In this document: positions 18,715 through 27,941 of the stretch, piece after piece
Position numbering within the stretch: the first letter of the stretch is position 1
Layout: the number at the start of each line of letters is the position of its first letter
Origin: an uncultured virus (IMG/VR IMGVR_UViG_3300028571_000012)
Taxonomy: Duplodnaviria > Heunggongvirae > Uroviricota > Caudoviricetes
Virus record (IMG/VR): IMGVR_UViG_3300028571_000012
Reading direction: 5' to 3' (one strand)
DNA length: 64,000 bases
Program-made: the position numbers and the translations under genes
Notes under the pieces: generated by a model
Told to the model about the DNA's origin: nothing
Databases searched by the model: none
What the model saw: only the letters and a program-made list of their open reading frames with translations

Positions 18715-19952
18715 CTTTCCCACCCTTTAATAATAGAAGGATCAAAATTGTTACGAGAAAAACTCATACGGTCAACAAGTTTTACAACGTTTTGTTTAAT
18801 CTTATCATTGATTGCAAATCCTTCTTGACCTGTAACTTTCAAGACATCGGACGTTCTTACAAATGTTTCCATCTTTTTAAGATCTTCCAATTTTTTAATG
18901 ATAATAAGTTTTGCCCGTACAATAGCATTTTGTAAATCGTAAATGAGAGCTAAATTTTTCTTATTTTCTTCAGAAAAGAATTTTAAAAATTCGTCACGTT
19001 TTGCTGTTGCGCTTGTTTTTCCTGCTTCACTCTTTTTGGAATCAATATCCTTTTGAGCTTTGGCGTTGATCCAAACCAACAAATCTTTTACATGCTGTGT
19101 TGTATCCTTAATACTTTGTCCTTTACGTACAAGTGTATTATTAAATGTTTCCAATGTTTGAGCAAGTGTTTGATTGTCTTCAATTTCTTTTAATGTGGAA
19201 CCGCTTATGCTTTGGAAAATTTTACCTGCTTCGGAAAGAATGTCCGTTAATTCTTTTGTTTCCTTGGCTGTTAATGTTGCCTTTCCTGAAAGATCTCGAA
19301 TGTAAGTATCAGTAAACCAAACATCAGGTGTTTTATTAAGAACATTTGAATTGAAGCCGTATGATGCTTTCATAGATTCAAAAGTATCGCCAGTGTATTG
19401 TGTATGGAAAAATACTCCAATTTTGCTTGCTTTTATTGTTTTGGCCAAAGCACTATCTTTTGGAATGGCATAAACAATTGTATTTGGTTGAAATGTAAGA
19501 TATTCCTTACCATCATATTCTTCAATTTTTAAATCTTGAGATGTATATGCCAGGTCGCCTTGAAGAACACCTTGTATACCAAGTTTAGGAAAGTATTTTA
19601 ATGCAATGGAAAGTTTATCGGCAAGGTCACCAGACGTATCAGCACGAACATCAGCTTCGGTTTTATATACCTTTGGGTTTTTATTAAAGATTCCTTTTTT
19701 GGCAACGAAGAATTTGCCATCAGATGGATCGGTGCCGACAAATATTGCCGGAGCACCATCAAATTTAGCCGCAACATCATATGATTGTTCGCTGTGACCT
19801 GCCAACATATCACGCATGCTGCGTAATGCGGTAATTGCTTCACGTGCGCCTGCAACACCACCATAAAGAATCTGGTCCTCGATGTGTGTCATATGAAGAT
19901 TTTTACCTTCGGCGGAGGCTTCTGTTATGTAATGTTGTTTAAATGTAATCAT
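18711..19952 (-). CDS. conserved T4-like protein with ATP-dependent ligase-type motifs
   Basis: KNLHMTHIED; KFDG (motif I), LQGDL, EGF, VKLVDR. Confidence 0.65.
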   Translation of the reverse strand: MITFKQHYITEASAEGKNLHMTHIEDQILYGGVAGAREAITALRSMRDMLAGHSEQSYDVAAKFDGAPAIFVGTDPSDGKFFVAKKGIFNKNPKVYKTEADVRADTSGDLADKLSIALKYFPKLGIQGVLQGDLAYTSQDLKIEEYDGKEYLTFQPNTIVYAIPKDSALAKTIKASKIGVFFHTQYTGDTFESMKASYGFNSNVLNKTPDVWFTDTYIRDLSGKATLTAKETKELTDILSEAGKIFQSISGSTLKEIEDNQTLAQTLETFNNTLVRKGQSIKDTTQHVKDLLVWINAKAQKDIDSKKSEAGKTSATAKRDEFLKFFSEENKKNLALIYDLQNAIVRAKLIIIKKLEDLKKMETFVRTSDVLKVTGQEGFAINDKIKQNVVKLVDRMSFSRNNFDPSIIKGWER

Positions 19953-19963
19953 TTGTTTTAATC

Positions 19964-21286
19964 TTATTCGTCATGTAATTTGATAAACGGTGCGCTTAAT
20001 TCAGATTGGCTGCTGGCGTATTGAATGCTGCTGGTAATAAAATCATCTTGTTCATTAGAATCGGTAATAATATCAATAAGTTCCAAGCCAATATATTTGC
20101 TGAATAACCATGATTTTCCATTTGCATCAACTTGATCTTTAAATTCATCATATGATAATTTTTTACCGTCAGTTGAGTATCTGCTGTAATTTTCATAAAA
20201 TTTCTTCAGCATAATAGGATCCATTTTTTCAATTGCCGATTTTAAAACTTTAACATCGGTAAGCTGTTTAAGACCCAAACGTCTTAGGACACCTTGAATT
20301 GGACCATAACCAAGTTTTCCTCCGTTGGCAATTTTGCCTTTAATTTCACCTTGCCAAGATGTAGGTTCATTAAATGTTCTAAATTGAACTTTACCATTAA
20401 CAGTAAAGTAAATATAGATATCCTTCGAGGAAAAGAATCCTTCGGAGCCAGTGGTAAATTTATCAAATTCAATTACTTTCTTTTCTTCATCATAATTGTA
20501 ATAATCAATTTTGCCACCTTTTTTCATTTTTTTCAATGAAACGCCAATAATGTCTCCACTGGCCAGTGCTTCATACAATATTCTATTTAATTCAACAATG
20601 TCATCAATGGTATGATCAAATTTGATTTGAGCTCCTACTGGTGAAAGCATGTAAATATCCGCTGGACTCCATTTATTAAGGTTACTGAAAAGTTTATCAA
20701 CCTTATTTAGTTTCATGAAAACTTTTTCAAGATTTTTTACCCATGAGGAACCTCTATGAAATGTATAATTTTTCTTACCAAATCTTTTATATAGTAATTC
20801 AGCACCAATAATACAAGATTTTTTCCAGCTGTCGGAAAGATTAAGAATATTTTCCAATGATTCATTAACCTTAACACTGGCATATGCTTCCTTTAAGTCG
20901 TCATCATTATAATCCGCGGTGCCGTTCCATAATGCTTGAGCATATACACATTGCGCACTTTCACTTAGTGTTGTAATTTCACTTCCCGCGCCTGCAGCCT
21001 TTTCTGCGCCGCCAAATTCAGCAGTTTTTGCAAATTTACCAAGTGTATATGATGCAGTGCCATCCTCGCTTTTTAAAACAATTTTTGTAGGATCGACTTT
21101 ATTTAAAATGGCATCGGCCACAGCTTTATCGTATTTTAGTACAACCGTTTCACCAGTAGTAAGTACGAAAGGAGATTTTTTCTTAAGTTTTTCAATAAAC
21201 TTATCAACACGCACTTGATATTTGTACAATTCCCCTGGTGCCAAATTATTGGCTTCTGTTAAAAAATGTTGTTTAAATGATTTCAT
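19964..21286 (-). CDS. hypothetical protein, possible PD-(D/E)xK-fold nuclease
   Basis: ESAQC...KWSPADIY...GVSLKK; N-terminus MKSFKQHFLTE. Confidence 0.55.
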   Translation of the reverse strand: MKSFKQHFLTEANNLAPGELYKYQVRVDKFIEKLKKKSPFVLTTGETVVLKYDKAVADAILNKVDPTKIVLKSEDGTASYTLGKFAKTAEFGGAEKAAGAGSEITTLSESAQCVYAQALWNGTADYNDDDLKEAYASVKVNESLENILNLSDSWKKSCIIGAELLYKRFGKKNYTFHRGSSWVKNLEKVFMKLNKVDKLFSNLNKWSPADIYMLSPVGAQIKFDHTIDDIVELNRILYEALASGDIIGVSLKKMKKGGKIDYYNYDEEKKVIEFDKFTTGSEGFFSSKDIYIYFTVNGKVQFRTFNEPTSWQGEIKGKIANGGKLGYGPIQGVLRRLGLKQLTDVKVLKSAIEKMDPIMLKKFYENYSRYSTDGKKLSYDEFKDQVDANGKSWLFSKYIGLELIDIITDSNEQDDFITSSIQYASSQSELSAPFIKLHDE

Positions 21287-21291
21287 TATTA

Positions 21292-21735
21292 CTATTTATT
21301 GCTTTTAAAAAACTTTTTGCTTAGTTCCAATTCATACTTATCGGCCTCAAGTTCCCAAGGCATTTCTTCATAATCCGAATCTTCCGAAAAGTTTACACCT
21401 TTCCATTTTGCGCAATAGTTACCATTTAGTATGGTAAGTTCTTTACGGACAAATTGTTTGACGTGCACCATTTCGTGAGCGAGAGAACACAGCATTGTTG
21501 ATTCAGATTGAGAACAATCTATACAAATGGTATAATCGCAACCTGCATTATATAAGTCCATTTGATAACATGATGCATACGCTCCTTCCTGTGCCAATAA
21601 GTTTTCCTTTATAAAGACCGCCACCTTTAATTTTCTTTTTCGTGGCATCAAAGATTTAATAAAAAAATGCGATGCTCTAAGAAGCAACTGTTTTAAGTGC
21701 TTATCAGAACATCCATATATTTTTACTTCAGGCAA
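21292..21735 (-). CDS. zinc metallopeptidase-like protein
   Basis: LAHEMVHVKQ, PWELEA. Confidence 0.75.
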   Translation of the reverse strand: MPEVKIYGCSDKHLKQLLLRASHFFIKSLMPRKRKLKVAVFIKENLLAQEGAYASCYQMDLYNAGCDYTICIDCSQSESTMLCSLAHEMVHVKQFVRKELTILNGNYCAKWKGVNFSEDSDYEEMPWELEADKYELELSKKFFKSNK

Positions 21736-21757
21736 AACAAAGGAGTGTTAAATGTTG

Positions 21758-23281
21758 TCATGCGTACATTTCGATCATACGCACCAAATCTGCTTCGGAA
21801 ATATTAACACCAGCAACTTCGGCTCCCGCTTTCATATTTAAACCTCGAGATAGTTTTCGCAAGTTTGGTTTTTGTTGTGATTTACCTGCACGCAACAGTT
21901 TAATAACTTCTTTGCGTGAGTCAAGACTCAGTGTTAATCCGTCTTCCAATTCCATAGTTCCGACAATCTTTTCCATAAAGTCGTAAATTTCATCTTCGGT
22001 AGGATCAATGTTAACAATAAATGCACGCGTACGAAGAGCACCGTCCGGATCAAGTTTGTCAAGTGATAAGTTGGAAATGAAAATAATTCTTCCTGTAAAT
22101 TCAAAGTAGCGAGGAATTAAACCGTCATCAAGAATTTCCTCATCGGTCATGTCATCAGGGTCAACGACATTTTTACCCATTTTGTTCCAAACCAATTTAC
22201 GAACTTTATTTGTATTCGTAGCGGCTTTTATAATATTGCGCGATTCTTGATCACCAAGTGTGCTGTCACTGTCATCAAATAGAACGATTTTATCTTTATA
22301 ACGGAATAATAAACTGTATAAGCCGGCTGCACTGGATGTACCTGTGTTTTTGAAATAACCTGAACCGTCGCGCAGTCCGGCACTCTTTAAAATCTTTTCG
22401 GTTGTAAATGTTTTACCAACACCGCCCGAACCGCTAATAAACAATGCATTAGATGAACCGCTAATTGTCATGCGGATTAAATTTTCCAAATCTTCCAATT
22501 GTTTTTCAAATGACAATTTTTCGATATTTTTGGAAAGGTTATCAAGATTCTTATTTGATCCGTAACTTTCGTTTGAACTTCCTTTACTTACCTTGATACC
22601 TACAACACCAAGTTGTGATAAAATTTTGCTTTTATCTTTTATAATGCTTTCAATGTCGCGGGTTGTTCCTTTCCACTCATATTTGTTTCCAACTTTAAAC
22701 AGCAGATCGGGAAATTCTTTTCTTATTTCATCAAACACTTTTACACCTGCGATTTTATTGTACGAATAAATTTTGCTTTGTGTTAAGGTGCCTTTAGGTG
22801 CATTATCCGCAATAATAGAAACAATGCCGTCAAACATTGTGCTTGAATCCATTGTTTCATTCTCATTTAATGGAACATCATCAGGTGGAGACATTGTAGT
22901 TCCCAATTTAATGCCTTTATTGTTAATCATATCAACAATCACAGGAAGAACCTTGATAACCGAAACACGTGAATCAAATTCAACGAAGAATGGAGATGGA
23001 TCTTCACCGTTCCAATAATGCACTGATGCAAGGTTTACCAAACCGATACTTCCCGCACTCTTATAGTTAAATCGAATAGATTGATTACCTTTACTTGAAA
23101 ACATTCTTAAACCAAAACCAGAATCTCCCGAGTTTTTATATTCTTCAATTCCTGGAAGCTTGAAAAATGTTTTACCAGTTTTTTTGGCAATGTATTGAGA
23201 AATTGTATCTGCGACCTTTAATGCCGTTTCAGATGTGATTCGTTCGGTAAGATATTCTTTAAATTTGAATTTGTGTTTCAT
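21758..23281 (-). CDS. P-loop (AAA-like) ATPase with N-terminal extension
   Basis: GSGGVGKT, VLFDDSD, IIFISN, ALRTR; late promoter at 23294-23301. Confidence 0.8.
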   Translation of the reverse strand: MKHKFKFKEYLTERITSETALKVADTISQYIAKKTGKTFFKLPGIEEYKNSGDSGFGLRMFSSKGNQSIRFNYKSAGSIGLVNLASVHYWNGEDPSPFFVEFDSRVSVIKVLPVIVDMINNKGIKLGTTMSPPDDVPLNENETMDSSTMFDGIVSIIADNAPKGTLTQSKIYSYNKIAGVKVFDEIRKEFPDLLFKVGNKYEWKGTTRDIESIIKDKSKILSQLGVVGIKVSKGSSNESYGSNKNLDNLSKNIEKLSFEKQLEDLENLIRMTISGSSNALFISGSGGVGKTFTTEKILKSAGLRDGSGYFKNTGTSSAAGLYSLLFRYKDKIVLFDDSDSTLGDQESRNIIKAATNTNKVRKLVWNKMGKNVVDPDDMTDEEILDDGLIPRYFEFTGRIIFISNLSLDKLDPDGALRTRAFIVNIDPTEDEIYDFMEKIVGTMELEDGLTLSLDSRKEVIKLLRAGKSQQKPNLRKLSRGLNMKAGAEVAGVNISEADLVRMIEMYA

Positions 23282-23306
23282 AAGGTATTGATGTATTTAT
23301 ACATAC

Positions 23307-23750
23307 TCATACTTTAAATCCACCAAAATTATTAGCTCTTACCGAAGTCTTACCAGCCATAAATTGACTTGGAGCTGCTGCTGAACTTTGAGATCCGCTG
23401 TCAACCGTAATATTAGCCATTGGATCAGCCAAATCATATAACCTCATTTTACTTCGATCCACACCAACAGTAAATCTTTTATGTTTTGAAAGATCATTGT
23501 AGCGATTTTTCAACTGTTTTACCATAATTTGATTTGATTTTTCAAGTGCTTCATTACTGATCAAAACAAGGAATAAATCCACTGTATGTGAAATACCCAT
23601 AGATTCGGAAACATTTGTAATATCAATATCACTATTAGAATTGTGTGTTAGAATATTATTGGCAAAAAATAAATGATTCCCATTTACTTCAATATCAATC
23701 ATTTCAATATCATAATCCAATTCCTCAATTTGCGTAATTATTTCTTCCAT
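23307..23750 (-). CDS. gp41: gp41 helicase C-terminal fragment: split-intein IntC plus C-extein
   Basis: DIEVNGNHLFFANNILTHN/S then SESMG, KQLKNRY, GVDRSKMRLYD. Confidence 0.92.
   Translation of the reverse strand: MEEIITQIEELDYDIEMIDIEVNGNHLFFANNILTHNSNSDIDITNVSESMGISHTVDLFLVLISNEALEKSNQIMVKQLKNRYNDLSKHKRFTVGVDRSKMRLYDLADPMANITVDSGSQSSAAAPSQFMAGKTSVRANNFGGFKV
23640..23750 (-). mobile_element. split intein C-half (37 aa), gp41-type
   Basis: Blocks F/G ending THN, Ser+1. Confidence 0.92.
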
Positions 23751-23753
23751 ATT

Positions 23754-25091
23754 TTAATTCAATGTCACTAAAGAATCTCCATTTTTTAAACCAGAATTAA
23801 TTGATTTATCAACGCCGCCGACAGGAAATTTGTGATCAGCACTGCAAATAATTGTCTTTCCTGATGAAGTTGTAATACGATATGCTTTCTTTTTAGTCTT
23901 AGGGAAAACGGTAATAACATCATTAAAGCCGGTATTACTTTTTATTTTATCACCAACAGTAATTTCATTTAAAAATTTGTTACCATATTCAGTTTCAACT
24001 ATAGTAGAAGGATCTAAACAATATCCATCTCGATTTACTTGTGTTGCACTCCAAATAGCCACATTAAATTCAACAGCCAATCCGCGGACTTCCTCTGCAA
24101 TTGATTTTACTAGTGAGTAAGAATTAATCGAACCTCCCAATCCTTTCATTCGACTGCTGGCACAAATATTAATGTAATCAATATAAATGACATCTGGAAC
24201 AAATTTCTTTTTCATCTTTAATTCCAACAGCAACGCGCGAAAGTGACCAACATGTGCGGCTGCGGTAGGATATTCCTTTACAATAAGAGTTCCTTTTGTA
24301 CGATCACCAACATTTTTGATTTTTGAAGAAAATGATGACCGAGATAAATCTTTCAACTGATCAATTCTTACATCAAGAAGATTAGCGTCAATCCGTTCGG
24401 ATATTTTTTCCTCCGACATTTCCATCGTAATGTACAACACATTTCTTCCTTCGGCCAAGTTTGCCGCGGCCAAATGACACATGGTTAAACTTTTACCACC
24501 ACCAGTTCCGGACATTAACATACTCAATGTTTTTCTTGGAATTCCTCCGCCCGTAATAACATTCAACATATCCAAATCAAATGGTATTTTATCTTCGGTT
24601 TTATGATAAAAATCATACCGTTGTTCCGCATTGGCAATATAATCGTGACCTACGTTTGTATCAAATGTCACGCTTAATGCTTTGGCCAAAATCTCAGGAA
24701 TAAGTCCTTCACCTTTGGTTTTACTTTTACCGTCAATAATGGTAATCGCTTCCATTACGGCAAGATGAACAGCACGATCTTTACACCATTTTTCGGTGCT
24801 ATCAATTAACCATTCCAATTCAACTTCGCACGGAATATTAATTTCCGAAATACATTTTGCAACTTCATTGCGATCATTACGATGCACATAATCGCTATTT
24901 TGGAATTCAATGTCAAGAACATTTGAATTTGGAAGCTTATTATATTTGCTTATAAAACTTAAAATAAGACCATATACTGATTTGTAATGGCCTTCAAAAT
25001 ATTCTGTTTTTAAGTGTGGTAATGCTTTTCTGCAAAAAATTTCATTTTGAACTAAATTTTTTATTATAATATCTTCAAGATTATTGTCCAT
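23754..25091 (-). CDS. gp41: gp41 replicative helicase N-terminal fragment plus split-intein IntN
   Basis: GTGGGKS, YITMEM, IDYINI, SATQVNRDGY then CLDPST...CSADHKF. Confidence 0.93.
   Translation of the reverse strand: MDNNLEDIIIKNLVQNEIFCRKALPHLKTEYFEGHYKSVYGLILSFISKYNKLPNSNVLDIEFQNSDYVHRNDRNEVAKCISEINIPCEVELEWLIDSTEKWCKDRAVHLAVMEAITIIDGKSKTKGEGLIPEILAKALSVTFDTNVGHDYIANAEQRYDFYHKTEDKIPFDLDMLNVITGGGIPRKTLSMLMSGTGGGKSLTMCHLAAANLAEGRNVLYITMEMSEEKISERIDANLLDVRIDQLKDLSRSSFSSKIKNVGDRTKGTLIVKEYPTAAAHVGHFRALLLELKMKKKFVPDVIYIDYINICASSRMKGLGGSINSYSLVKSIAEEVRGLAVEFNVAIWSATQVNRDGYCLDPSTIVETEYGNKFLNEITVGDKIKSNTGFNDVITVFPKTKKKAYRITTSSGKTIICSADHKFPVGGVDKSINSGLKNGDSLVTLN
23757..24020 (-). mobile_element. 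split intein N-half (88 aa), gp41-type
   Basis: Block A CLDPST, VGD, block B CSADHKF. Confidence 0.92.
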
Positions 25092-25100
25092 GCGGTACTC

Positions 25101-25391
25101 TCAACTTTTACCAATTTTATATTCTTGCTGTTCCAATATGGAGGCTAAAATATCTCCAATGTAATTCATAAATGATTCATTTTTCATTAAATCATCATCA
25201 TTTATTTCATCCGGGCATTCCTCAATTTTAAATTGAAATTGCAATTTAGCATAATTTTTATCCTCGTCCTCTGTTATTGAAACAGTGCCGTATGTATATA
25301 TTACGTTCTTCCAAATTCCTGTCAATAATTTGATGGAATAAAATTCAGACGATGGTTTTTCAACAAACTTATAATCAACGCCTTCTTGCAT
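25101..25391 (-). CDS. conserved hypothetical protein between uvsX and gp41
   Basis: MQEGVDY start; IYTYG.V, F..YIGDIL. Confidence 0.6.
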   Translation of the reverse strand: MQEGVDYKFVEKPSSEFYSIKLLTGIWKNVIYTYGTVSITEDEDKNYAKLQFQFKIEECPDEINDDDLMKNESFMNYIGDILASILEQQEYKIGKS

Positions 25392-25392
25392 A

Positions 25393-26481
25393 TTAGTCAA
25401 TGTTTTCAATTTCTTGTTCAACGGTTTGATCAAAATCAAAATCATCACTGGATGAATCAATCATATCGCGCAATCCAATTGTATATTTGTTTTTAATGTG
25501 TGTTGCAAAGTTTGTATTTTTAAACACACCTTCCCAAAAGTCTTTGGTCATTGTTCCTGCTTCGCGCACAGCCTTGGAAAGTTCTGCTTTGGTTTCTGGG
25601 TTTATTGCCATGTACCAACCGTTTTTTGGTTTTACAACATAACCCGCTTCAAGCGCAATGTCAAGCAGTCCACTCCATTTTTCAATACCACCTTTCCAAC
25701 TTACGCTGATGGGAATTTTGCTTTTTTCTTTTACAAAGCGTGATTTTTCAATGTTAATAATAAAGTGATAGCCTTGAATTTCAGTGCCGTCTTTATCTTG
25801 CTGACGACCAATAATCCAGCAGTTGTCGCAGGAATACATGATTCCGGTACCGCCAGAAACAACCGCCTTGCTAAACATTTCCTGCGTCTGGTACGTGTGG
25901 TTAATAGCAAGCAGTGGAATATTCTTAAGTGTAAGATACGGTGTTACCATTCGGAACAAACCTTTTAACGATTTTGCACGAGTCATATCAGCAACACTTT
26001 TTTCATTAAGAGCATCATCAAGTTCCTTTTTAGACGCAAGGTTGCCGACACTGTCAATTACAATAATAACTTTATCCTTACGGTCGATTGTTTCAAGTTG
26101 ATTTACAAGGTCGAATTTAAGTTCTTCAATGTTTTTAATAGGAACATGTAACACACGAGAAGTATCAATTCCAAAGCTTTCAAAATAACTTTGTGGACTT
26201 CCAAACTCACTATCATAAAACATAAGAACAGACTCCTTATGCTTTTTAAGATATGCGCTTGCCATAAGAAGAGCAAAGGAAGTTTTAAAATGTTTTGAAG
26301 GTCCCGCCAAAATGGTAAGTCCGCTTGTAAGACCTCCGTCAATGCTACCACTCAACGCAACGTTGATCATTGGCACACTGGTTGTGGTAATATCCTTTTC
26401 CGCATAAAATTCGCTTTCGGAAAGCACATCCGCTTCTTTAATGCGGCAATTCTTTTTTAGTTTTTCTAGTATTGATGACAT
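25393..26481 (-). CDS. uvsX: RecA-like recombinase
   Basis: GPSKHFKT, YDSEFG, DSVGNLASKKE, ADMTRAK, SGGTG. Confidence 0.95.
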   Translation of the reverse strand: MSSILEKLKKNCRIKEADVLSESEFYAEKDITTTSVPMINVALSGSIDGGLTSGLTILAGPSKHFKTSFALLMASAYLKKHKESVLMFYDSEFGSPQSYFESFGIDTSRVLHVPIKNIEELKFDLVNQLETIDRKDKVIIVIDSVGNLASKKELDDALNEKSVADMTRAKSLKGLFRMVTPYLTLKNIPLLAINHTYQTQEMFSKAVVSGGTGIMYSCDNCWIIGRQQDKDGTEIQGYHFIINIEKSRFVKEKSKIPISVSWKGGIEKWSGLLDIALEAGYVVKPKNGWYMAINPETKAELSKAVREAGTMTKDFWEGVFKNTNFATHIKNKYTIGLRDMIDSSSDDFDFDQTVEQEIENID

Positions 26482-26493
26482 GTGTTGTTATTA

Positions 26494-26832
26494 TTATTGT
26501 TGGTTGAAAATGTATTTTCTGTTTTGAAGAATACCGTTGCAATAGTATTCATCTTGCTTGTTCAAGTCGGCTTTCATTTGAATTATTTCTTCATCATTAC
26601 AATCATTTAATTCTGCTTCGATTAAAGCATTAATTTGTAATTCCCGATCACGTGTAATATATGTATGGCAATCACTTGTAAAGTGTTCCAATTCCTGTGG
26701 AACATTATGAATGCCTGCAATCACGTCTTTGTAAAAAGATAGCAGAGAGTTAAACATAAAAGATTGCAAAAAGTCGGAATAATATTCGTCTTTTTTTGCG
26801 GTAAACATTTCACTTAGTCGTTGTATAATCAT
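26494..26832 (-). CDS. hypothetical protein
   Basis: ORF in operon. Confidence 0.5.
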   Translation of the reverse strand: MIIQRLSEMFTAKKDEYYSDFLQSFMFNSLLSFYKDVIAGIHNVPQELEHFTSDCHTYITRDRELQINALIEAELNDCNDEEIIQMKADLNKQDEYYCNGILQNRKYIFNQQ

Positions 26833-26960
26833 TGTTGTTCTTCAGGTTGATCTTCGGGTTGTGTTTTTTGTTTTTGCTTTTCGTCGAGAATATTATTGTC
26901 AATTTCTTCTCCAGGCGGTGTTACTTCTACAAGCAACTGTTTTTCTTTTTGTGTGTTCAT
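26829..26960 (-). CDS. small Q/E-rich protein (43 aa)
   Basis: Hand translation MNTQKEKQLLVEV...PEEQQ; follows promoter and overlaps next ATG. Confidence 0.5.
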   Translation of the reverse strand: MNTQKEKQLLVEVTPPGEEIDNNILDEKQKQKTQPEDQPEEQQ

Positions 26961-26978
26961 ATGTTGGTTGATAATGTG

Positions 26979-27008
26979 ATTATACACCATTTTTATGGCA
27001 ATGTAAAC
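26979..27008 (-). promoter_or_regulatory. sigma70-type promoter GTTTACA-17-TATAAT
   Basis: Upstream of the uvsX/gp41 operon. Confidence 0.75.
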
Positions 27009-27013
27009 AAAAT

Positions 27014-27436
27014 TTATACTGATAAAAATCTCATCAATTCGGCGAGTTTTTTATCTTTTATAGAGTGCAGTCGAGCCATATTATCATTGATTGGCCATCC
27101 TAACATTTGTGTTCCATTTGATGTTGTATATTTTACAAATTTTGAGCGATCAATACATTCAAAGACTCCTATAGTATCACTATTATCAAATTCAATAAAA
27201 ATTAGACGATCAACATTTAGGCATTTGTTTATGTTTGTCATTTTGGCTCTAATGGTAAACATATTTTTATATGCGTATCGAGCCTGAGTTTTTATCTCAA
27301 CAGTTTTACCGTTTGCATCAACAGCATCTTTTTCACTGTCAAATGGATCATCCGATCTTTTACATTTTTCCAATAAACAAAATAAAGCCTCTCCCAATTC
27401 ACCCAACTTTATTCTGTTTGTATTACTATTCGTCAT
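27014..27436 (-). CDS. small PD-(D/E)xK nuclease-like protein
   Basis: GELGE...KDAVD..VEIKT; start moved to MTNSN. Confidence 0.55.
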   Translation of the reverse strand: MTNSNTNRIKLGELGEALFCLLEKCKRSDDPFDSEKDAVDANGKTVEIKTQARYAYKNMFTIRAKMTNINKCLNVDRLIFIEFDNSDTIGVFECIDRSKFVKYTTSNGTQMLGWPINDNMARLHSIKDKKLAELMRFLSV

Positions 27437-27776
27437 AATCGCTTTGGTATTCGTTGATTCCACACTCCTTACACGAATCCCAAAGCAAGCCGAAGCCAGT
27501 GCCTTGCCAATCACCTCTTTTTAAAAGGTGACAATAACCGTTGTCTTGTTTTGGAAAATTTGGAATCTCATCCAAAAATGGGCAGCAGCCTTTGGAATCA
27601 TAACAATAGTTTCCTATTGGAATTAGCGCCTTACATTGATCAGCGGAAAGATCTGCACGTACCATAATGTGTTTGCCGTATTGGTATGATGGATCGACTC
27701 CGAGGTCTTCAATAATATTTTGCGCACCGAGGCCAGCAAGAACCTCGGGCTTTTCATAAAGATAATAGCTTTCCAT
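27426..27776 (-). CDS. Cys-rich hypothetical protein
   Basis: IP.G.YCY, CPF, GYC, LLWDSCKECGIN. Confidence 0.6.
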   Translation of the reverse strand: MESYYLYEKPEVLAGLGAQNIIEDLGVDPSYQYGKHIMVRADLSADQCKALIPIGNYCYDSKGCCPFLDEIPNFPKQDNGYCHLLKRGDWQGTGFGLLWDSCKECGINEYQSDYDE

Positions 27777-27777
27777 A

Positions 27778-27934
27778 TTATTTGCCAGCAACGATGATCA
27801 GTCCTAAATTGGAAGTTGCATAACTCATATAGACAAGAGTCCAAGGCCAAATTGCCTTTGCATGCAAAGCTTATGCCGACAACAAAATACAACAAAAACG
27901 GCGCGCCAATTACATATGACTACTCAAAATTCAT
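27778..27934 (-). pseudogene. disrupted small membrane-protein gene
   Basis: MNFE*SYVIGAPFLLYFVVGISFACKGN then +1 shift to WPWTLVYMSYATSNLGLIIVAGK*. Confidence 0.5.
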
Positions 27935-27941
27935 TTTCGTT

